From NCBI GenBank assembly GCA_026770705.1, contig JANJGN010000036.1:3658001-3722000 (forward strand): 64,000 nt of DNA, in the 5' to 3' direction. Origin of the DNA: Isurus oxyrinchus (lineage: Eukaryota). Positions 1-10,800 of this stretch are shown piece by piece. The notes under the pieces were generated by a model that worked only from the letters and a program-made list of their open reading frames with translations, did no database searches and was not told where the DNA came from. A program made the position numbers and the translations under genes. Every line of letters begins with the position of its first letter. Position 1 is the stretch's first letter.

Positions 1-19
1 GGCAGAGCTGAAGTAAAGG

Positions 20-280
20 TCACGAACATTACATAGTCACTAATAATTCCAATCAAGAATACAGGAATTCTCCGAGGGGAAAGGGGAGAATGCAGAACTC
101 GTAAACACAGCTAGCAGCCGAGCTAAATAGCTGAGATGCATTTAAGTGGGAAGCTGGGGAAATATTTTATCAATAAATCAATAGAGGTCTATGCTGGGGG
201 GTTGTTGAGGGTGTGGGAGGAGCATCATGTGGAATACAAACACCAGCATAGAGCAAAGGATCCGAATTGTCTGTTTCTGC
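20..280 (+). mobile_element. Degenerate CR1-like LINE 3' end fragment
   Basis: Resembles the ORF2 C-terminus/3'UTR seen in the other CR1 copies of this window, ending ...gaattgtctgtttctgctctg; heavily decayed. Confidence 0.4.
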
Positions 281-585
281 TCTGAAAATAACGTTGAATT
301 TTGCAAAGCAGAGAACATGAGTTGTGACTGAAAGCTGTTTGCTCTGAAGAGTTTGCATCAATAAAATACTTTCTTCTTCGCACTAAAATAAAAAGTTAAA
401 GCTGAAAGTAGAATTCAAAGGACGTTTCACTGAGGTGATCTGATATTTTTGTGTCACACTTTCAATATTATAAACATTAAAATGTAAGGTTTGAGACCAC
501 TGCCTTTTCAGATACATGTTACGACTTCAACCATTGTTATTCACTGAGCAAGGGAAATCCCAGAGGGATGCTTGTCTCACTGGTC

Positions 586-586
<1 letters not shown>

Positions 587-632
<46 letters not shown>
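587..632. repeat. (TA)n microsatellite
   Basis: Direct reading of the sequence. Confidence 0.95.
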
Positions 633-638
<6 letters not shown>

Positions 639-1126
639 CACATTTTTTTTGATTTGAAAACGAGGGGAAAACTTTTACGATCCTTATAGTAAAATATTTA
701 AGAACATGAAAAAAAGTTAATCACACAAGATTACTATTTCACGGCTGAAGCAGTCTTACAATGTATTCCTCCGAAACAAATCCTCGCTTTTCAGAAAACA
801 CAAGTAAACTATTTTGAAGCAGCTCCCTGAGGAACTTAAATCATAAAAATCCAGTAATATTACCCAAGGCAAATAGTGCTGTTACTTTAGTGCCGTATAC
901 CTCACGACTTCTCATTCTCCTCCAGTCTGCTGTGGAAGCCCGAAGGAAGTTCAGAAACAGACTCCCTCCTGAAAGCAAAAACTTCTCTGTGTTTAACTGT
1001 GGCAGCTGCAACAAATTCCACGTTTTTCACGGCTCAGAGCTGGGCTGACGGCATTTCCCTCCACACAGCCACCTCAACGCAACCGAACATTTCCCTTAAA
1101 TACTATTTTCCCCCTTTCATCCTGAG

Positions 1127-1786
1127 CTCCACTGTCCTAAGCATCTCAAATTTAACTCAAATTTTCCAAGCTAAAAAATCCTCCATGCCTCTCTATTGCC
1201 TCCACATCCGCATCAAATAAAATTTAATAACCTTCCTTTGCTCTCTTAAGAAATATTGGCAACTGAAAAACAAGCCCTTACCTCACATCTTATTCAATAT
1301 TTAGAACAACAATGTATTTGCCTTTAATGCCAACATCACCATAGCCTCTCATTATAAATGCATGCCTCGAGCTCCTTTGTATTTCATCTCTAAACTCCCA
1401 CAGGCAATCTGTCTTTACTAACTTTCCCCAGTTTAATTACCCATGGACAGACAGACACACACACAAACACACACCTACACACATCTTTCTTCACTGAATA
1501 CCACCATCTCCCCAAATATATAAAAGCAACATTCATGCTCATTTCACGTACAAAACCCCACTCATTCACCTTGTTCCCCGACCCCTTGGTACGTACACAT
1601 CAACAGCTTTCTGAGGGAGAGAGATCCAGATTTCCACTCCACATTCCACAGCACCTCTTGCTCCAAAACAAGTGATACTCATGTGACAACTCTGACATGT
1701 AGGTTTAAAGTTGGACATAAACCAGAAGGCGCTTTGCAAAAACGAAATGGAACAATCACAAGTTTCCTGAATAACTGCCCGTGTCT
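1127..1786 (+). repeat. 660-bp local duplication, copy A (copy B at 6043-6702)
   Basis: Identical offset (4916) at both ends; about a dozen mismatches seen by eye; ORF track shows matching peptide tails (999..1220 vs 5408..6136; 1566..1922 vs 6482..6781). Confidence 0.95.
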
Positions 1787-2454
1787 TTCTCTTGCTGTGC
1801 TCTAATTCAGTAAATGATAGAACACATAATAGCCCCGAGAAAGAAGCACAGCACTGAGAGCATCTTAACCCAGGACTGATATTGCCAGATTTGCAGAAAT
1901 TGCAGTTTGAAACAAGAGACATTTAATTATAATTTAATTATTAATGAATACAAACCTCTGGTGCATCGTTATAATCGAAGAATAATTTATTTTATTTACA
2001 TACAAACATTTGTCAAGAAATGAACATCCTGTCAGAAACTGGACGAGCATAATCAGCAGACAAATTCCAGAGAAAATAAGGAAAGTTCTTAGCCTTTGCT
2101 CAATGTTTATTTCACACTTAAATTACACGAGAGCGGTGGGATAACCTTAATAATATTTAAAACAACTTCTACATTTAACAAAATGAGCCAGACTTTGTAA
2201 GCTCTGTCGAGTGCATGGGGAAAGATTACTGTTTCATAGGAGCCTCTTTGGCTCCATGTGTATTTCCACTATGCCATGGGTTTTTTTTTGGCAAATCCTG
2301 TCAACTCCATAATTCATCAGAGAGAAACAGGCAGGATTCTCATCTGCGACCAGTCTTCTTTTTTGATCTTTTTTCCAAAGCAGCCAAGTCCAGGGACGCG
2401 TAGAGAGGTCCGCCTTGTGCCTGGGAGACATATTAAACGTTAACAGCGAAACGT

Positions 2455-2710
2455 AGCTAAACGATTTCACCCAGAGGGTGGTAGGAATTTGAAACTCACT
2501 GTCTGAAAGGGTGGTAGAGGAAGAATCTGTTAAATAACATTTAAGAAGTATTTGGAAATGCACTTGCGATGCCATGGCATACAAAGCTATGGGCCTAGCA
2601 CCTGGAAAATTGGAATAGAATAGTTAGTTACTTGATTGACCGGCACAGATTTGATGGCCGGAAGGGTCGTTTTCTGTGCTGTAGACCTCTACGATTCTCT
2701 GAATATGAAT
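2455..2710 (+). mobile_element. CR1-like LINE 3' fragment
   Basis: tttcacccagagggtggtaggaatttgaaactcactgtctgaaagggtggtagagg (FTQRVV.IWNSLP-type ORF2 end), followed by a 3'UTR with short terminal repeats. Confidence 0.7.
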
Positions 2711-3194
2711 CTCTGAGATAGGCAATATTACCCACTCCCATAACCGCTTTTCACATAATTATAGAATGATACAGCACAGAAGGTGTCCGTTGTGCCCATT
2801 GTGTCTGTGCCAACTCTTTGAAAGGGCTATGCAGTTAGACCGACTCTACATTTCTCTGTCCCCATATAGCCGCCATTACTTTCCCCTTCCAAAATTTTTC
2901 TAATCCCTTCTTGAAATTTGCTGTTGGATCGGTTTCCATTGCCCTGTATATCAATTTGAGGAATGTTTTGCTTCATTTGTCTGTCAAAAACATGTCCGAA
3001 TTGATGTTTTGTGACCGAGCAACAGAATTTGTAAAGCAACTGGAACTGACCAAAGTTTAATCAGAAAACTGGGGTGATGGGTCTATCAATTTGTTTGGAT
3101 ACCTTTGTTGAATCCGATTACTGTGTTTCACCCATGTGCCATCTACACGATTGAGTAGAGGCCACAGAATTCATAACATTGAGAAGACTGACAC

Positions 3195-3730
3195 AAACAC
3201 AATCAAAAGACGTGCGTTTATATAGCGCCTGCCACGAGCAGAAGAAGCCTCAGAACATTCGCATCCACTTTTTTGAAGTGTAGTCTCTGTTCTTAATGCA
3301 AGACGGCAGCGAACTTAGGCACAGTAAGATCCCATAAACAGCAATGAATTGATGAGCTAGATAATTTATCTTTTCAAGATGCTGGTTGAAAGATAAAATA
3401 TGAAACCCGTCACCAGACAGAACCCCCAAACCGGCACCTACCATCCCCCCAACACCCAATCACTGTTCTTCTTGCGATAATGGCGGTTATCATAGAGCCA
3501 AAGAGGTCAACATCGCAGAAAAAGACCCTTCGGCACATCGAGTCTGTGCCGGTCAAACAAGCACCTAGCTATTCTAATTCCATTTTCTAGCACTAGGCCC
3601 ATGGCCTTGTATGTCACGCACGGTCTTTTATCCAGATCTGCGAGGGCAGACAGGTCCTCGTTTTAACATTCATGTGAAATGGGCACCTCCGAAAGTGCAG
3701 CACGCGCTCTGGATTTCAGTCTAGACTCTT
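3195..3730 (-). mobile_element. Deu-domain-type SINE (SacSINE1/AmnSINE-like) interrupted by a minus-strand CR1 3' end (~3490-3620)
   Basis: Remembered motifs tttatatagcgcc...tttttgaagtgtagtc...gcacagtaagatcccataaacagcaatg...ctggttgaaagataaaatat, and aggtcctcgttttaacattcatgtgaaatgggcacctccgaaagtgcagcac. Confidence 0.55.
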
Positions 3731-5142
3731 TGCTAAGCCTCTGTACATATAAGTAAGCACACATACGCACATATACACGTAAACACAAACACACACACAC
3801 ACACACACACAAATACAAAACTTCTGCTCAAACTGATTCCATCTTAGTCCAATTACAACAACAACAACACATTTTGATTTATCGACAAAACTCCTATGGG
3901 TTTGGCCTTATCTTCCCTGTAATTCCAATCAGCAATGTATTTTAGTAATTTGTTTCAGTCGGAAGAGGGACAAAGGAGGGAGTTGTGTGAGGGGTATAAG
4001 AGTCACTGTAGAGATAAAAGAAAATAACAGAAATCTGAAACATAAGCTGCTGGAAATCCGCCGTTAACCTGATGGGGACATTCGACAAGGAAATTTATCC
4101 TGTCATTTCTATGATCAGATGGAGTGAGGGACTGGGAGATATTTTCCGATTCCATTTAGAGGGGCGAGTTGGATTTAATACAAATTCAGATGCTCTGGAC
4201 TGTGTACCTGCTCTCTGGTAAACAAGTGGAATACACAGCTTGGGAAGCCTTGTACCTTATCCCCAAAAAACAAGTTTTTGTCTGTTATTACAACGATTTG
4301 AAAAAAACTCACCTGTATTGCATTCCGATGTGGCCGCTTCTCTGTTTGATGGTGGTCATCTGTGTTATTAACGGATAAGGTATAAATTAAAATATTATCC
4401 CAGCCTGGTTAATACATAATTATTACAGATACACCATGCGCCAATGACCGCCAATGTACCAATGGCCCCAGTACGTCAATGGCCTCCCTATGTCACCAGG
4501 CCCCAAATCCACAGAAGGTCCCTCAATACTTCAGTGGAGTGAAAATCGCCAATGGATGGACAGACACTATCTACTCACTGGGGCCTGTTTTCCAACTGGT
4601 ATATTATTGCTACTATTTTTAACCAATAATTGACATTTTCTGTGCGACCCACAGACAGCATTGTGATTCTGGAATTTGTTAGCGGGAAATGCTCTTATAC
4701 ATCTTTGCAATTCCACCCACTTGACATTTAATCTATGCCGATATATCAATGCAACTTACCCGTTTGTCGCTAATTCTGCCTCTCTCTTGGCTTTCTCTCT
4801 CTCAAGTTAAACCTGGATGCAAACAAAAATTTCGAGCACGTGTTATGTTTTATGAACCCTGGCGCAGACCGAAATGGTCGAGCGGTGTTTGCATTAATCT
4901 CAAAAGCTCATGGAAAATGACAGAATATATCACGGTTATCAATGCTAGGGTTCAACTGTGTTAGACGCAATGTTAAATCTAGACAGGGAGTTCCCGATGA
5001 ACTTTTCAAATGGCTCATTTACTCACTTTTCATTGTGGGATCCCTTCTTCTGAAAGGAAAAAGTAAAGTAGCAATTTAAAACAACGAGCAGGGAATCACA
5101 TTGGACAACCAACTATGAAAATGCTCCTGATAAATATTAATC

Positions 5143-6047
5143 CCCACCTACATCCGTGATTCCTCTGACACCTTACGTCACATCAACAATTTCCAGTTCC
5201 CTGGCTCCAACCGCTTCCTCTTCACCATGGACGTCCAATCCCTCTACACCTCCACCCCCCACCAGGATGGTCTGAGGGCCATTAGCTTCTTCCTCGAACA
5301 GAGGCCCGAACAATCCCCATCCACCACTACTCTCCTCCGTCTGGCTGAACTTGTTCTCACGTTGAACAATTTCTCCTTCAACTCCTCTCACTTTCTCCAA
5401 ATAAAAGGTGTGGCTATGGGTACCCGCATGGGCCCCAGCTATGCCTGTCTCTTTATGGGGTATGTGGAACATTCCTTGTTGCGGTCCTACTCCGGCCCCC
5501 TTCCACAACTTTTTCTCCGGTACATCGATGATTACTTCCGTGCCACTTCATGCTCTCATCGGGACTTGGAAAAATTTATTAATTTTGCTTCCAATCTCCA
5601 CCCCTCCATCATTTTCACGTGGTCCATCTCTGACACTTCCCTTCCCTTCCTTGACCTCTCTGTCTCAATCTCAGGTGATAGACTGTCCACCAATATCCAT
5701 TACAAACCCACCGACTCCCACAGCTACCTCGACTACAGCTCCTCACACCCCGCTTCCTGTAAGGACTCCATCCCATTCTCCCAGTTCCTTTGCCTTCGTC
5801 GCATCTGTTCCGATGATGCTACCTTCAAAAACGGTTCCTCTGACATGTCCTCCTTCTTCCTTAACCGAGGTTTTCCACCCACGGTCGTTGACAGGGCCCT
5901 CAACCGTGTCCGGCCCATCTCCCGCGCATCCGCCCTCATGCCTCCTCCTCCCTCCCAGAAACATGATAGGGTCCCCCTTGTCCTCACTTATCACCCCACC
6001 AGCCTCCGCATTCAAAGGATCATCCTCCGCCATTTCCGCCAACTCCA
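5143..6047 (+). mobile_element. Penelope-like retroelement (PLE) reverse transcriptase fragment, truncated at both ends
   Basis: Open frame PTYIRDSSDTL...MDVQSLYTS...FLQIKGVAMGTRMGPSYACLFMG...RYIDD...LPFLDL...YKPTDSHSYLDYSSSHP...IPFSQFLCLRRICSDD; these are PLE RT and thumb motifs. No GIY-YIG domain. The last residues of ORF 5227..6090 come from the fused duplication. Confidence 0.9.
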
Positions 6048-6702
6048 CTGTCCTAAGCATCTCAAATTTAACTCAAATTTTCCAAGCTAAAAAATCCTCC
6101 ATGCCTCTCTATTGCCTCCACATCCACATCAAATAAAATTTAATAACCTTCCTTTGCTCTCTTAAGAAATATTGGCAACTGAAAAACAAGCCCTTACCTA
6201 ACATCTTATTCAATATTTAGAACAACAATGTATTTGCCTTTAATGCCAACATCACCTTAGCCTCTCATTATTAATGCATGCATCGAGCTCCTTTGTATTT
6301 CATCTCTAAACTCCCACAGGCAATCTGTCTTTACTAACTTTCCCCAGTTTAATTACCCATGGACAGACAGACACACACACAAACACACACCTACACACAT
6401 CTTTCTTCACTGAATACCACCATCTCCCCAAATATATAAAAGCAACATTCATGTTCATTTCACGTACAAAACCCCACTCATTCACCTTGTTCCCCGACCC
6501 CTTGGTACGTACACATCAACAGCTTTCTGAGGGAGAGAGATCCAGATTTCCACTCCACATTCCACAGCACCTCTTGCTCCAAAACAAGTGATACTCATGT
6601 GACAACTCTGACATGTAGGTTTAAAGTTGGACATAAACCAGAAGGGGCTTTGTAAAAACGAAATGGAACAATCACATGTTTCATGAATCATTGCCCGTGT
6701 CT
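6043..6702 (+). repeat. 660-bp local duplication, copy B
   Basis: Matches 1127-1786. Confidence 0.95.
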
Positions 6703-7840
6703 GTGTCACTTTCTGTATCTTGAAGCTTCCCTTTGGACCTGAAATTCTGTCAGTTGATGAACGTTGTACTGAAAATTTCACCCTGAATAATGTGAGCCTT
6801 AGTATTGTAGAAACGTGTGAAGAAAGTTGTCTGCATTCACACAGTCCTACATTGTGAAGGTTAAGTTATCTTTGAAGTAATAGGACGTCGGGCCAGGCAG
6901 TCTATATGTACAAACAGGATTTGGTTGATTAAAGAGCGAATTTTAAATGTGTCCTTTGCAGGAGCCGTTTACTGTAAATGCCCTGAGACAATGAAATGCT
7001 TCAGAGCTGTTCACAGGAAATGTCCCGAGAGAATGAAATGGGACCCCAATGTCTGAATAACTTTCCAAGTCTTAAGAGACATGATGGGGACAGAGATATT
7101 GTAAGATACAGACCCTGAGATGCAGAAGAATCACAGAATTGAAGTTGTGGGGCCCTCTCATCTTTCAGAATGTCAGTTTTGATGTTTTACTCTGTGAACC
7201 TGGGCTAATGATTCAGAAAGCAGAAGGTTCTAATCCCACACTTTGCTGTTGTGAATTTCAATTCTGAATTTTCTAAAATTGAATCTGGAATTAAAAACAT
7301 CCGGAATGTAATGATTCTCATTCTGTCTGCTGCTGCAAAGCCCATGTGTGTGCCTCAGTTTCTCTGTTTTTATTAACGATTTAAGATAATGGGATAGAAT
7401 GCCACAAGTTTGCTAAAGGGCACAAAAAGAGGCAGCATTGTCCTCATTGTAGCTGGAAGCTTCAAATTCCAAAGAGATATGAACGCCTTAAGTGAATGGG
7501 TGAAAAAGTGAAAAATGGATTTCATTGTAGGCACATTGTGGCTGCTCACTTTAAAAAGGATGGAACAGATTATATTATAAATGGTGAAAAGCTGCAAACA
7601 GTGAGGGTCCAAAGAGACTTTGGAGTCCCTGTCCATCTGTGTCAAGACTAAATACTTCCAATGAGAAATTAAATTTGATCTTGTGGATAAAACTGTTTAG
7701 CAACTCACACGGCACATTACATGAATCAGCCTCTACAACCTACACTTGAGCACGTCACAAGAAAAATGATATTTTCAACAGTTAATGATTTCAACCCATC
7801 ATTCAATGTAAAAACCCCCCACCGAACCCCTCGATTAGAT
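6700..7840 (+). repeat. ~1.1-kb duplicated block (paralog 24572-25720) containing SINE and CR1 fragments and leading into the 70-bp repeat
   Basis: Colinear match from tctgtgtcactttctgtatcttgaagcttcc through cacaagaaaaatgatattttcaac to the first satellite monomer. Confidence 0.9.
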
Positions 7841-10800
7841 TCCAGTCTGTAACGAACAACCAGGCATCTGTTTTTCTATATATAAACCCCCGAACCCCTC
7901 GATTAGATTCCAGTCTGTAACTCACAACCGAGTATCTGTTATTCTATATATAAACCAGCATGAACCCCTCGAATAGATTCCAGTCTGTAACTTACAACTG
8001 GGTATCGGTTATTTTAAATATAAACTAGCCCGAAACCCTCGAATAGATTCCAGACTGTAACTCATTCCCAAGTGTCTGTCATTCTATATATAAACCAGCG
8101 AAACTCTCGATTAGATTCCAGTCTGTAACTCACTCCCGGGTATCTGTGATTCGACATATAAATCCCCAAACCCCTCGATTAAATTCCACTCTGTAACTCA
8201 CTGCCGGGTATCTGTGATTCTAAATATAAACCCCTGAAGCCCTCAATTAGATTCCAGTCTGTTACTCAAATCCCGATATCTGTTATTCTTTATATAAAGC
8301 ACCCCAAACCCCTCAATTAGATTCCAGTCTGTATCTCACACCCGGGCAACTGTTATTCTTTATATATTATATACATGAGATTTATATATAAACCACCCTG
8401 AACAGCTCAATTAAATACCGGCCTGCAACTCACTCCTGGGTATCGGTTATTCTATATATAAACCAGCCCGAAGCCCTCGGTTAGATTCTAGTCTGTAACT
8501 CACTCCCGCGTATCTGTTATCCTATGTATAAACCATGCCGAAACTCTTGATTAGATTCCGGTCTGTAACTCACAGCCGCGTATCTGTTATCCCATATATA
8601 AACCACCCCGAAACCCTAGATTAGATTCCGGTCTGTAATTCACTCCCGAGTATCTGTTATCCTACAGGTACACCACCCTGAGCCCCTTGAATAGATTCAA
8701 GTCTGTAATTGACTCCCGGGTGCCTGTTATCCTATATATAAACCACACCGCATCCCTCGAATAGATACCAGTCTGTAATTCACGCACGGGTATCGGTTAT
8801 TTTACGTATAAATCACCACGCACCCCTCGATTAGATTCCAGCCTGTACCTCACTCTTGGGAATCTGTCTTTCTACATATAAGCCGCCCGAGCCACTTGAT
8901 TAGATTGCAGTCTGTAACACACTCCCGGGCATCTGTTATTCTTTATATATTATATACATATGATGTATATATAAACAACACCGAACACTACAATTAAATT
9001 CCAGCCTGTAACTCACTCCCGGATATCTGTTAATCTGTAGCTAAACTATCCTGAACTCTTCAAATAGATTGCGGTCTTTAACTCACTCCTGCGTATCTGT
9101 TATTCTATAAATAAACCACACTGAACCCCTCGATTAGATTCCAGCCTCTAGGTCACGCCCGGGTATCTGTTATTCATTAAAAAAACACTCCAAATCCCTC
9201 GATTAGATTGCAGACTGTAACACACTCCTGGGTACCTGATATTCTATATACAACCCCCACCAAACCCCTTGAATAGAATCCAATCTGTAGCTCACTGCCG
9301 TGTATCTGTGATTCGAAATATAAACCACAGAACCCATGAATTAGCTTCCAGTCTGTAAATTACATTCAGATATCTGTTATTTTTTATATAAACCACCTCG
9401 AAACCCTCCATTAGATTCCAGCCGGTCAGTCACTCCCGGGTATCTGCTTTTAAATATATATAAACCACCACTAACCCCTTGATTAGATTCCGGTCTGTAA
9501 CTCCATCCCGGGTAAATGTTATCATATATATAAACCACCCTAACACCCTCAATTAGATTGCAGCCCGTAACTGACTCCCGGGTATCTGTAAACCTATATA
9601 TATACCACCCTGAACCCCACAACTATATTCCAGCCTGTAACTCACTCCCGGGTATCTGTTATCATATGTGTAAACCACTACAAAACCCAAGATTAGATTC
9701 CGGTCCGTAACTCCCTCCCGGGTGCCTTTTATCCTAGACATAAACCACACCGAACCCCTCGATTAGATTCCAGTCTGTACCTTACTCCCGGGAACCTGTC
9801 ATTCCATATATAAGCCCCTCGAACCCCTCGATTAGATTCCAGTCTGTACCTTACTCCCGGGAACCTGTCATTCCATATATAAGCCCCTCGAACCCCTCGA
9901 TTAGATTCCAGTCTGAAACTCACTCCCTGGTTTCTGTGTTTCGACATATAAACCCCCGAACCGCTCAATTACATTCTACTCTGTAACTCAGTGCCGGGTA
10001 TCTGTGATTCTAAATATAAATCCCCGAAGCCTTCAATTAGATTCCAGTCTGCTACTCAAATCCAGATATCTGTAATTCTTTATATAAAGCACCCCTACCC
10101 CTCAATTAGATTCCAGTCTGTAACTCCCACCCAGGAAACTGTTATTCTTTAAATATTTTATCCATATGATTTATATATAAACCACCCTGAACAGTTCAAT
10201 TAGATACCAACCTGCAACTCACTCACAGGTATCGGTTATTCTATTTATAAACCACCCTGAAGCCTTCGGTTAGCTTCCAGTCTGTAACTCAATCCCTCCT
10301 ATCTGTTATCTTATATTTATAAACAACGCCGAAACTCTTGATTAGATTCCGGTCTGTAACTCACTCCCGCGTATCTGTTATCCCATATATAAACCAACCC
10401 GAAACCCTTGATTAGATTCCGGTCTGTAACTCACTCCCGCATATCTGTTATCCTATATGTACACCACCCCGAGCCCCTTGGATAGGTTCAAGTCTGTAAT
10501 TGACTCCCGGGTATCTGTTATCCTATATGTAAATCACACTGCATTCCTCCATTAAATACCAGTCTGCAATTCACACCCGGGTATAGGTTATTTTATGTAT
10601 AAACCACCACGAACCCCCGATTAGATTCCAGTCTATACCTCACTCTTGGGAGTCTGCCATTTTATATATAAGCCCCCGAGCCACTTGATTATATTGCAGT
10701 CTGTAACTCACTCCAAGGCATCTGATATTCTTTATATATTATATACATATGATGTATACATAAACAACGCTGAACATCTCAATTAATTTGCAGCCTGTAA

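Larger units (their letters stand above)
2340..5049 (-). pseudogene. Relict 3' part (cytoplasmic-tail exons) of a probable immune-type receptor gene
   Basis: Exons 5049-5027 (23 bp), 4812-4760 (53 bp), 4359-4313 (47 bp) and 2420-2340, each with an AG acceptor; donors are GTGAGT, GTAAGT and GTGAGT. Phases chain 0/2/1/0 and give KKGSHNEK-FNLRERKPRERQN*RQTD-DHHQTEKRPHRNAIQ-AQGGPLYASLDLAALEKRSKKKTGRR*. One internal TAG; AATAAA at ~1986-1996. Confidence 0.5.

Noticed and set aside
3910-4006. Possible additional minus-strand exon (cttttatctctacag acceptor)
   Set aside because: Stops in all three frames and no GT donor at the expected end; not needed for the phase chain.
4436-4552. Cluster of CCAAT boxes as a promoter
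   Set aside because: Looks like a short degenerate tandem repeat inside a putative intron, with no associated start site.
5173-6136. Overlapping ORFs 5408..6136 (+), 5173..5508, 5733..5987 and 5743..6060 (-) as separate genes
   Set aside because: Shadow frames of the C-rich Penelope RT sequence with no recognisable motifs.
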